From a virus (lineage: Duplodnaviria; Caudoviricetes), in the IMG/VR virus record IMGVR_UViG_3300008459_000240, positions 1 to 30,541 of that record: a stretch of 30,541 nucleotides of DNA. One strand, given 5' to 3'. A model generated the notes under the pieces. That model searched no databases. It was not told the origin of the DNA and saw only the letters and a program-made list of their open reading frames with translations. Position 1 is the first letter of the stretch. Every line of letters begins with the position of its first letter. Shown piece after piece: positions 16,352 through 24,968 of the stretch. Made by a program: the position numbers and the translations under genes.

Positions 16352-17476
16352 TTAATAATATTCAAGTATTGCTAAATATCCTCCACCTCCATTTCCTCCT
16401 CTTCCTCCGTTTTGATTGTAAGCTCCTCCTCCTCCACCACCACCAGCTCCAAAATATCCTCCATCTCCTCCTCTCCCTCCAGTTAAAGTTCCAGCTGTAT
16501 TTCCAGATCCAGCACCATGTCCCCCTCCTCCAAACCCATAAGAAGAAGTAACTACTGCACTACCTGAAAATGAAAATAAGGAAGCAGCTGTGACGACATT
16601 GCTAGCTCCATTACCGCCTGAGTTCGCGGTAGTACCTGCGGCCCCGGGAGATCCAGATGTGTAAAGGGTGCCATTAATAAGATAAACCCCAGATCCTGAT
16701 CCTCCAGCTTGGGCTGTTGGTGTAGCTGTGCTTCCTCCACCTCCACCGCCTCCACCTGTTCCTCTATATCCATTTCGAGCATGGAAATTACCATCATATG
16801 GAGTTACAGTACCACCTACAGATCCAGCATTTCTTCCTATTTGAGCATTACATCCACCTCCATTTATACCTATAAATGTAAAAGGACTAGACTGGAAGAA
16901 ACTAGCAGATTGAAAGTTACTTCCGCCAGCGGCGACTCCACCTGTACTTGATCCAGCTATTCCAGGTTGTCCCCCACCTGCTTTAATAAGAGTTACAGAA
17001 CCACTAATTAATGAAGTTGTACCTCCTATTACTCCTACTGTTCCGTTTGATCCATTTGTAGTAGCTCCTGCTCCTCCATTAGCAGTACCTGATACTGTTA
17101 TAGTGTATCCCTGAGGAGCAAAAGGAATTGAAGCTATTGGATACCAAACTATAGAAATTTCACCTCCTGCTCCTCCACCTCCTCCACCAACTGCGGCGGC
17201 AGCTACTGCTCTTCTTCCTCCTCCTGCTCCACTTCCTCCTCCACCTACAACTACAAATTTAACATATTTTGCATCGGTAGGAACAGTCCATACTCCTCCG
17301 GATTGGGTGTATTCTGTCATTAATATATATCCTTTTGAGCCTGTTAAGTTATATTCAGTTCCAGTAGAATTTTTAAAATATATAGAACTACCAGAAGTAT
17401 ATAGAACTCCTCCTACAGACGGAGTTGAGGGTGAGGACTGTGTAACTAAAAAAGCATTATTTAAAAACTTAGGCAT
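16352..17476 (-). CDS. Glycine-rich fibre tip/adhesin (polyglycine, T-even gp38-like) 2
   Basis: WTVP..KYVKFVVVGGGGSG, many GGGGG runs separated by variable loops, C-terminal GGGYLAILEYY. Confidence 0.7.
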   Translation of the reverse strand: MPKFLNNAFLVTQSSPSTPSVGGVLYTSGSSIYFKNSTGTEYNLTGSKGYILMTEYTQSGGVWTVPTDAKYVKFVVVGGGGSGAGGGRRAVAAAAVGGGGGGAGGEISIVWYPIASIPFAPQGYTITVSGTANGGAGATTNGSNGTVGVIGGTTSLISGSVTLIKAGGGQPGIAGSSTGGVAAGGSNFQSASFFQSSPFTFIGINGGGCNAQIGRNAGSVGGTVTPYDGNFHARNGYRGTGGGGGGGGSTATPTAQAGGSGSGVYLINGTLYTSGSPGAAGTTANSGGNGASNVVTAASLFSFSGSAVVTSSYGFGGGGHGAGSGNTAGTLTGGRGGDGGYFGAGGGGGGGAYNQNGGRGGNGGGGYLAILEYY

Positions 17477-17487
17477 TTTTTATTTTT

Positions 17488-18609
17488 TTAATAAAATTCA
17501 ACAACAATACATAATCCAGATGATCCTGAACCTCCATTTCCTGCTGGTAAGCCAGCGGTAGTTAAAGACATTACTCCTCCCCCTCCTCCTCCTGCTCCAT
17601 AAAGTCCACCATTGCTTCCATTTCCTCCAGCGGTTGATGTTCCAAATCCTCCACCATGACCTCCTCCTCCTAAACCATATAACGTAGTACTGCCAGTAAA
17701 CTGCAGTAATGTTGTTATCATATTGTTTGTTGGCGGTGTCCCATTTCCTCCAGTACCTCCAGCGGATCCAACATTTCCTCCATTAGTTATAAGAGTATTA
17801 AATTGATACCCGTCAGCACCACGAGACGCTGATACTAACGTTCCACCTCCACTGCTGCCTCCACTACCCCCGCCCCCACCTCCAAGTCCAGGGCGAGTAT
17901 CATTTGTTCCAAAAGCACCATCAAAATCAAAAATAGGATTAGCGTTACCTGCAGGATTGGCAGGAAAATTAGCTATTGCCCCACTGCCGCATCCATTTAT
18001 AGCATACGGAAGTCCAGCAGGAGTACAGCTAATACTTTGGCCTCCAGCTGCTTGTTTAATAACTGAGGTTGCTCCTCCAACTCCTCCTCCCCCTCCTTGA
18101 GCAATCACCAATGTACCAAAAGAAGAAGTTCCTCCAGTTGTCCCTGCAGCGCCATTACCCGCTGCCGCGGATGGTCCGGCTCCTCCAGCTCCTCCAGCTC
18201 CTATACTTATTGGGTAGCTAGATGCTAATAAAGCAGCATCAAAAGTTGCCCATACTATAGCTCCACCTCCTCCTCCAGTTCCACCTTGAGCAGAACCAAG
18301 TGATGTTCCTTTTCTTCCTCCTCCACCTCCTCCACCTGCACCCACACAACATACTTCAAGATATTTTAAACCAGCAGGTGGTTTACTCCATGTATAAGTT
18401 TGTGCTACTCCACTTCCTGTTCCAGAACCTGTGTAGTATAAGATATTTATGTACCCATTAGGATTTAATAAATCAAATTGTGTTCCTGAAGGATTTTTAT
18501 AATAAAATTTATTACTCCCACTAGCGTAAACAGTCCCAAAACCTGAAGGAGGTGTTCCTGGGGTTATACTTGAAGTTGTTAGTTGTAAACTTTTTAATAT
18601 TTGAGTCAT
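17488..18609 (-). CDS. Glycine-rich fibre tip/adhesin (polyglycine, T-even gp38-like) 1
   Basis: WSKP..KYLEVCCVGAGGGG, polyglycine runs, C-terminal SGLCIVVEFY. Paralog of the neighbouring gene. Confidence 0.7.
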   Translation of the reverse strand: MTQILKSLQLTTSSITPGTPPSGFGTVYASGSNKFYYKNPSGTQFDLLNPNGYINILYYTGSGTGSGVAQTYTWSKPPAGLKYLEVCCVGAGGGGGGGRKGTSLGSAQGGTGGGGGAIVWATFDAALLASSYPISIGAGGAGGAGPSAAAGNGAAGTTGGTSSFGTLVIAQGGGGGVGGATSVIKQAAGGQSISCTPAGLPYAINGCGSGAIANFPANPAGNANPIFDFDGAFGTNDTRPGLGGGGGGSGGSSGGGTLVSASRGADGYQFNTLITNGGNVGSAGGTGGNGTPPTNNMITTLLQFTGSTTLYGLGGGGHGGGFGTSTAGGNGSNGGLYGAGGGGGGVMSLTTAGLPAGNGGSGSSGLCIVVEFY

Positions 18610-18619
18610 AACTTATTTT

Positions 18620-18766
18620 TTATGATGTTAATCTTGCTTCTGATCCGTTAGAAAATTTTATATATAAATATCCATCTGTATTAACATACAATGCTATGAA
18701 CCCAGCCTCTGGTGTATCCATAGAGCTAGTAGCTACAAATTGTACTTCAGTTAAAAATTTAGCCAT
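18620..18766 (-). CDS. 48-aa protein (not in the ORF track), stand-alone paralog of the adhesin N-terminal module
   Basis: MAKFLTEVQFVATSSMDTPEAGFIALYVNTDGYLYIKFSNGSEARLTS*. The ATG overlaps the upstream stop (TAATG at 18768-18764), the ORF fills the gap exactly, and it aligns with the N-termini of both Gly-rich proteins. Confidence 0.8.
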   Translation of the reverse strand: MAKFLTEVQFVATSSMDTPEAGFIALYVNTDGYLYIKFSNGSEARLTS

Positions 18767-21700
18767 TATTGTGATATATAAACTATATATTGACTTGATG
18801 ATGGTGGATTAGCAAATACAACTCTTACTGTATTATTGTCAGGTCGTCTTATATCAGGATAAACAGTTTCACCATTTGACCCACTTTCATAGACTGTAAC
18901 ATGGAGATTTCTTGTGTTAAATCCATGATTAATGTCCCATGTTGCTATTATACCATCACCTATAATAGAAGAAGTTGAATTATAATTAAATGATGATCCA
19001 CCACCAATAGATGATGTGAAAAATAACTGGCCGCTTCCTGTGTCGATGACAACAACATGAGTATATGATGAGTTTGTTAGACTAGGGAATGCTATTGTAC
19101 CTGAGGCATGGAAATTAAATAATGGAGGATATATATTAATACCTACATTACCTCCGGCTGGGGTTTTGATAGGGTTAGATATAAAATTTGAATTTGAGCC
19201 TGTGGCGAATATAAGACCTCCTATATTAATTGAGTCTTTAGTTTGACCAGGTAAGGAAATATTATTACCAATTATTATATTATTAGAACTAATAGAATTA
19301 ATTCCAGATGTTACATCTTGTCCAGCTCGATAACCTATTAAGGTAGAATAAGAAGCTGAGTAAGCTTGTTGACCAGCTTCATAACCTACAAAAAATGAAT
19401 GTGAAGCTTGTATAGCTAAGACTCCGGTTCTTGGACCTATAAAAGTAGAGTTAGAAGCAGATATAGCTCCATTACCAGCTAAACGACCTATAAAATTAGA
19501 ATTATCAGCATAAGGAGTACTAGTACCAGCTTGTTGACCTATAAAATTAGAATTATTAGCATAAGTAGCACTGCGGCCTGCGTTTTGACCTATAAAATTA
19601 GAATTATCAGCATAAGCAGCATCTTCACCTGCACCATTACCCATAAAATTAGAATTATCAGCAAAATCAGCATTTCTTCCTGCTTGATTACCTAAAAAAT
19701 TAGAATATGAGGCTGAAGTAGAAAGTTCACCTGCTTCGTAACCTAAAAAGTTAGAATTATTAGCATATGGAGCCGCATTACCTGCTTGAAATCCAAAGAA
19801 GTTTGAGTGAGTAGCATAAGTTGCTTGATAACCAGCTTGTCGACCTAAAAAGTTAGAATTAGAAGCTGAGTAAACTTGGTAACCTGCTTGATATCCAAAG
19901 AAGTTTGAGTGAGTAGCATAAGTTGCTTGATAACCAGCTTGTCGACCTAAAAAATTAGAATTACCAGCATTTGTAGCTCCATCACCTGCTTGGGAACCTA
20001 AAAAATTAGATTGACTAGCATTTGTAGCTAGCCTACCAGCTCTATATCCTAAAAAGTTAGAATCAGAAGCACTTGTAGCTGTTATACCAGCGTCAGTTCC
20101 AAAAAATATACTATCTGATATAGAAGGTATACCTGCTGGTGGAGCTACAGAATATAAGGAACTTCCTGTCACACTAATAGGATAAGAAGATGTTATAGCA
20201 TTTATAGCCCAAGATGATGTTCCAAATAGACTACCTGTTATACCACTCCCAGAAACTAATAATGATCCAGTTATTATAGCACTACCAGAAAAGGGGAAAG
20301 GTAAAGTTGTTATTGTTGTAGAAGAAGCAAAATAAACTTGATTTGAAGATGTATTATATGTTAGTATATAATTTGAAGAAGATTCAGGTAATCCTTTTAA
20401 AAAAGTACTTCCTGATATTGTTATTTGATTTACTGTACCCCAATCTATAGCGGGTGAAGGTGGGTAGTTTTGATAACTTAATTGCCTATCATTATAATGT
20501 ATAGATTGACTACCGACTGAATCATAAAGTATTCTAGAGCTCCAATCTAATGAAGCATAACCACCATAATCTCCTAATTGAAGTCCATCTGTAGTTAAAA
20601 GTATTATATTATTATTAGATGAATCTCGAACTGTTAACCAAGCATTATCTAAATGTAGATGATCATATTCTACACTAGAAGGACCATCATTATTGATATA
20701 TATTGTACTACTACCACTAAAAACACTTGCGCTATTGAATTGAACAGATAAGTTAGGACCTCCTGGTCTTGCATTTCCTCCTCCAATAGCATTTGATGAT
20801 GTGTAAAATAATTGTCCACTAGATGTGTCAATCATAACAACATTATTTTGAGAAGATGTTGTTAAACTTGGAAATGCTACTGTTCCTGATGCATGAAGAT
20901 TATAAGTTGGATGTGGAATATTAATCCCTATATTACCTCCAGCTGAACCAGAGAATGGGAATTCTGAAGTAATATCAGAATATGATCCTGAGCCAAAAAT
21001 AATACCACCTATATTAATTGCATCTCGTCTATTAGAATCTAGTGTTATGTTTGTTCCAATAATTATATTATTAGGACCTACACTAACTGTTGAGGAAGAA
21101 GCAAAACCAGCTTGGTAACCTATTAAGGTTGAATATGAAGCATTTATAGCTTGATAACCTGCCGTAGGACCTAAAAAATTAGAAGAACTAGCATTTGAAG
21201 CGCTAACACCAGCTCCAAATCCTAAAAAATTAGAATTAATAGCATTTGCAGCTTCAGCTCCAGCACTGCCTCCTAAAAAGTTTGAACCTATAGCTCTTGT
21301 AGCTCCATTACCAGCGGAAAAACCTAAAAAATTAGAATTATTAGCATTTGCAGCTTTATAACCTGCTTTTGCACCTATAAAATTAGATCTATTAGCAGTG
21401 GAAGCACTATAACCAGCTTCAGTTCCTATAAATTGAGAATATTGGGTATTTGTAGCATAGTAACCCGCATTTGTACCTATAAAACTAGCATTATCAGCAT
21501 TTGAAGCACTAAAACCAGCTCCTTTTCCTATAAAATTAGAATTATTAGCATTTGGAGCATAAGAACCAGCTTGGTTCCCTATAAATTGAGAAAATTCAGC
21601 ATTTGTAGCATAAAAACCAGCTTGGTTTCCTATAAAACTAGAATTATCAGCTGAGGATGCGCTATAACCTGCTTCGTAACCTAAGAAATTAGAGTTATTA

Positions 21701-22770
21701 GCATTTGTAGCTTGATAACCAGCGTAATTTCCTATAAAATTTGATCCATTAGTATTTGTAGCTTGATAACCAGCATAATATCCCATAAAGTTTGCTGTAG
21801 ATGCTCCAGACGCACTGTATCCGGCTTTATAACCTATAAAATTAGTTTGAAAAGCATTTAAAGCAGCATAACCAGCTTGATAACCTAAGAAATTAGAATG
21901 GTAAGTCATATTAGTTAAAGCTCCAGCATCTACTCCTATAAAATTAGATTCAAAAGCATTTGTTATAATACTATTTCCAGCTCCTCCTCCTATAAAATTA
22001 GAGCTATAAACTTCTGTACTACCCGCTCCTGCTCCTCCACCTATAAAAATTGAATAATAAGCGTTATTAACTGTATTAGCTCCTGCTCCTCCACCTATAA
22101 AAATTGAAAAATCAGAAGTGTCAGTGTTAAGACCAGCATTTTGACCTAAAAATATAGTACCAATAGCTGAGACTCCTAGGTTTGATCCAGCATTACTACC
22201 AAACCAAATACTATTAGGTGAAGTAGTCATATCTGAAGGAATACCTGAAACTGGGTCTACAGAGTATAAGGAACTACCTGTCACATCAATAGGGTAAGGA
22301 TTAAGTATAAAACTAGCTGTGTCCGCAAGAGTAGAAGATGAAGCATATGAAGCACTTAATACACTATTACTACCAAAAGGTCCATACACTCCAGATCCAG
22401 TTATAAATGAAGAACTTTGAGCCCAAGAAGCTGTCCCATAAAATCCTACTGTATTAGGTCCAAAAGAAGCAGATATAGCTCCGCTTATAAGCATAGAACC
22501 AGTTAAATAAATAACATTGTTAATAAATAACAAATTAGATGAACCACTAAGAGCACCACTATAATTAAACTGAATTGAATCATATGGATCATCAGGTTTA
22601 CCGCCAAATGAGTCTGATCCTGTAAAAAATACTTGTCCTGAAGATGTATTATAAGTTAATACATGAAAAGTAGAAGAGGTTTCTAAAGTATAGAAATATA
22701 CTGGTCCAGATATATGGAGAGAACCGGTGGTTGTATTTGATCCTGTAACTGTGGGTTGGAATATTCTCAT
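18766..22770 (-). CDS. Large fibre protein with two beta-roll (YadA-head-like) repeat blocks
   Basis: 1334 aa. About 22 + 16 copies of a mostly 17-aa repeat with core SNF(I/L)GxxAG. C-terminal WDINHGF..V.VY domain. Confidence 0.75.
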   Translation of the reverse strand: MRIFQPTVTGSNTTTGSLHISGPVYFYTLETSSTFHVLTYNTSSGQVFFTGSDSFGGKPDDPYDSIQFNYSGALSGSSNLLFINNVIYLTGSMLISGAISASFGPNTVGFYGTASWAQSSSFITGSGVYGPFGSNSVLSASYASSSTLADTASFILNPYPIDVTGSSLYSVDPVSGIPSDMTTSPNSIWFGSNAGSNLGVSAIGTIFLGQNAGLNTDTSDFSIFIGGGAGANTVNNAYYSIFIGGGAGAGSTEVYSSNFIGGGAGNSIITNAFESNFIGVDAGALTNMTYHSNFLGYQAGYAALNAFQTNFIGYKAGYSASGASTANFMGYYAGYQATNTNGSNFIGNYAGYQATNANNSNFLGYEAGYSASSADNSSFIGNQAGFYATNAEFSQFIGNQAGSYAPNANNSNFIGKGAGFSASNADNASFIGTNAGYYATNTQYSQFIGTEAGYSASTANRSNFIGAKAGYKAANANNSNFLGFSAGNGATRAIGSNFLGGSAGAEAANAINSNFLGFGAGVSASNASSSNFLGPTAGYQAINASYSTLIGYQAGFASSSTVSVGPNNIIIGTNITLDSNRRDAINIGGIIFGSGSYSDITSEFPFSGSAGGNIGINIPHPTYNLHASGTVAFPSLTTSSQNNVVMIDTSSGQLFYTSSNAIGGGNARPGGPNLSVQFNSASVFSGSSTIYINNDGPSSVEYDHLHLDNAWLTVRDSSNNNIILLTTDGLQLGDYGGYASLDWSSRILYDSVGSQSIHYNDRQLSYQNYPPSPAIDWGTVNQITISGSTFLKGLPESSSNYILTYNTSSNQVYFASSTTITTLPFPFSGSAIITGSLLVSGSGITGSLFGTSSWAINAITSSYPISVTGSSLYSVAPPAGIPSISDSIFFGTDAGITATSASDSNFLGYRAGRLATNASQSNFLGSQAGDGATNAGNSNFLGRQAGYQATYATHSNFFGYQAGYQVYSASNSNFLGRQAGYQATYATHSNFFGFQAGNAAPYANNSNFLGYEAGELSTSASYSNFLGNQAGRNADFADNSNFMGNGAGEDAAYADNSNFIGQNAGRSATYANNSNFIGQQAGTSTPYADNSNFIGRLAGNGAISASNSTFIGPRTGVLAIQASHSFFVGYEAGQQAYSASYSTLIGYRAGQDVTSGINSISSNNIIIGNNISLPGQTKDSINIGGLIFATGSNSNFISNPIKTPAGGNVGINIYPPLFNFHASGTIAFPSLTNSSYTHVVVIDTGSGQLFFTSSIGGGSSFNYNSTSSIIGDGIIATWDINHGFNTRNLHVTVYESGSNGETVYPDIRRPDNNTVRVVFANPPSSSQYIVYISQ
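19780..19963. repeat. 82-bp near-perfect direct repeat, 102-nt period
   Basis: 19780-19861 vs 19882-19963, with 2 mismatches and a perfect 61-bp core. Encodes SNFLGRQAGYQATYATHSNFFG(Y/F)QAG twice. Confidence 0.9.
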
Positions 22771-22774
22771 TGAT

Positions 22775-22783
22775 TATAAATAT
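22775..22783 (-). promoter_or_regulatory. ATATTTATA motif only 4 nt from the ATG
   Basis: Reads ATATTTATA-ATCA-ATG (22770). Confidence 0.55.
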
Positions 22784-22820
22784 AACAAACTTGTTAGATT
22801 GAGTTAGTGATTAAATAAAC

Positions 22821-24962
22821 CTATGCTACTTGTGTTACTGTTGCTATGATTGATGGTGTAGCTGGTCTTGTGGGTGTTGATTGCGTTCCTTTTGCTTCTA
22901 GCTGTCCTTCTAGTGTTGTTTTTGAGTATTTTAGTTCTACATAACTGCCACTTGTTATTTCAGTTAAAAAGTTTAAAGCTGCTACTCCATACCCACCTCC
23001 ACTTATTTTTTCAACAGTAAAATCAGTATTTGAATTAGCTATATTAGATCCTGTCATAGCAAACCAAATTGAAAAATTAACTGCTTGGTTAACTGTTGTA
23101 TGCAATTGAGCTGAAAATTGAATATTATATAGGCCTGTGTTTGCTATTGTTATTTTACTGTTGTCTACTAAAGTTACTCCATTTGAAAAATCAATTGTAT
23201 CAAATACCATTGAATAAGCTGTATCAGCTGATCCAGATTGTGTTTGTATACTACTAAACTGTCCATAATTAAATAACTTATTACCCCATCTTGTGAATGA
23301 GGAACCACTTACTACATTTATATCGCCATTTACAACATTAAATGAACCTGTAATGTTAGTACTACCACTAATATTTGTTACCCCTTTAATAAATGTTGAA
23401 CCTGTTATAATAAATATACTATTATGAAAGTTAGAAGAACCACTAACATCAATACTACCACTTAATACTGTGTTGCCTATAATAGTGTTACTACCACTTA
23501 ATATGTGGGTACCAGAAAAGTTTGTGCTACCACTTAATGTTGTTGATCCACTTATATTAATACTACCACTTAATATAGTATTACCTATTAAGGTGTTATT
23601 ACCTGTTTGTGTTGTTGATCCACTTATACTTAATGAACCACTCATTGTAGTAGTTCCTTGTATTGTACTAGATCCACTTATACCGATACTACCACTTAAT
23701 ATAGTATTACCTATTAAGGTGTTATTACCTGTTTGTGTTGTTGAACCTGTTACATTTAATGAACCAGTTAAAGTAATTGATCCTGAAAATAAGCTGGGGC
23801 CGATTCCGAAAAAACTTCCTGTGAATGATCCAGAAAATGGTTTATCAGATATTATATGTCCATTATTATAATCAATATAAGCTGAGTCTCCAAGTGTTCC
23901 TAGATATATTTGGTTTCCAACATATAAATTATTCCATCTAGTTGTAGAAGTACCTATATTGTAATTTGAGATATTAGCACTGTATGGACCACCTGGTACT
24001 AAATTTCCACTTATAATAGCGCTACCATTAACACTCATATTACCACTAATAATAAGAATATCAGTAGGTTGTATAACTAGATTATTATTTAAATCATATA
24101 TTTGACCTCCAAAATTAGTTATAACTGCTGAGGATGTTAAAGAAAAAGAAGATGTAACTCCGCCTATAGAAGCTACAGCGTATCCACTTTCAGGAGTAGG
24201 AAATGTTAACACAGCTGAGGATGAATCAACTAAGGTTATATTTTCAGGTATAATTTGATTATGATTAACATCTAAGGCTTGAATTATAACATATCTACTT
24301 AATAAATTATGAGTAAAGTTCCAAGTTGATAGATTTGTAAAAGAAGCAGTTGCAGTCACTGATACTCCTGCCCCAGCCGCAGCTGATGCATTAATAGTCA
24401 CTGACCCTGTTCCTTCAGGTGGGTCAATTGTTATATTAGTACCAGCTATAATTTTTGTAACATCACCTCCATGTAAAGCGTATGATGCACTTAATACACT
24501 ATTAGAACCAAAAGGGCCAAATACTCCTGTCCCAGTGATAAATGAAGCTGTTAATGCGTTTAAAGCCCAACTAGCTGTACCATAAAATCCTACAGTTCCA
24601 GGACCATATGAAGCAGATATAGCTCCACTAACATTAAAAGTAGGGGTTGAGGATGTATAATTAAAAATAAAACTAGGACTACCACTTAAAGCAGTACTAC
24701 CACTAAAAAATACTACTTGACCATCAGAACCAGATATAGAAAGAGCTGCTCCTTTAGGTACTAAATCTTCATCAGCAATTGTTGGGTTATACCAATATTC
24801 AATTTGGGTTCCACTACCTGTTAATAAAACTGTTAAACCTATATATCTATAGAAACTTAAAATAACATCATTAGCTTCTGTTGTATCAGCAAATGGGCCA
24901 TACCTATTATCTATACTAAGAGGTGCTTTAATCTCAAATCCATCAATAGTTTGTATTGCCAT
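22821..24962 (-). CDS. Fibre protein with Ser/Gly/Thr hexapeptide shaft repeats
   Basis: 713 aa with (I/L/V)SGSxx 6-aa periodicity typical of triple beta-helix shafts, a WNFTHNL module, and a C-terminal globular domain (GLYNIQFSAQL). Confidence 0.7.
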   Translation of the reverse strand: MAIQTIDGFEIKAPLSIDNRYGPFADTTEANDVILSFYRYIGLTVLLTGSGTQIEYWYNPTIADEDLVPKGAALSISGSDGQVVFFSGSTALSGSPSFIFNYTSSTPTFNVSGAISASYGPGTVGFYGTASWALNALTASFITGTGVFGPFGSNSVLSASYALHGGDVTKIIAGTNITIDPPEGTGSVTINASAAAGAGVSVTATASFTNLSTWNFTHNLLSRYVIIQALDVNHNQIIPENITLVDSSSAVLTFPTPESGYAVASIGGVTSSFSLTSSAVITNFGGQIYDLNNNLVIQPTDILIISGNMSVNGSAIISGNLVPGGPYSANISNYNIGTSTTRWNNLYVGNQIYLGTLGDSAYIDYNNGHIISDKPFSGSFTGSFFGIGPSLFSGSITLTGSLNVTGSTTQTGNNTLIGNTILSGSIGISGSSTIQGTTTMSGSLSISGSTTQTGNNTLIGNTILSGSINISGSTTLSGSTNFSGTHILSGSNTIIGNTVLSGSIDVSGSSNFHNSIFIITGSTFIKGVTNISGSTNITGSFNVVNGDINVVSGSSFTRWGNKLFNYGQFSSIQTQSGSADTAYSMVFDTIDFSNGVTLVDNSKITIANTGLYNIQFSAQLHTTVNQAVNFSIWFAMTGSNIANSNTDFTVEKISGGGYGVAALNFLTEITSGSYVELKYSKTTLEGQLEAKGTQSTPTRPATPSIIATVTQVA
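23560..23744. repeat. 59-bp perfect direct repeat, 126-nt period
   Basis: 23560-23618 is identical to 23686-23744. Encodes STTQTGNNTLIGNTILSGSI twice. Confidence 0.9.
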
Positions 24963-24968
24963 TTAATA

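Noticed and set aside
16352-18400. Higher-GC island suggesting horizontal acquisition
   Set aside because: Explained by Gly/Ala-rich coding; third positions remain mostly A/T.
19780-19963. Diversity-generating retroelement TR/VR pair
   Set aside because: Both copies are in-frame coding repeats with only two mismatches, one of them C/T on the coding strand. No reverse transcriptase is in the window.
19380-22210. CRISPR-like array from the ~51-nt periodic repeats
   Set aside because: The repeats are degenerate at codon third positions and encode the 17-aa protein repeat; there is no constant repeat/unique spacer structure.
8025-22823. Stop-codon reassignment (TAG or TGA recoding)
   Set aside because: Code 11 gives near-complete coding density. 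TAG ends genes at 8025, 15862 and 22821, and TGA at 12718 and 29369, with no sign of fragmented genes.
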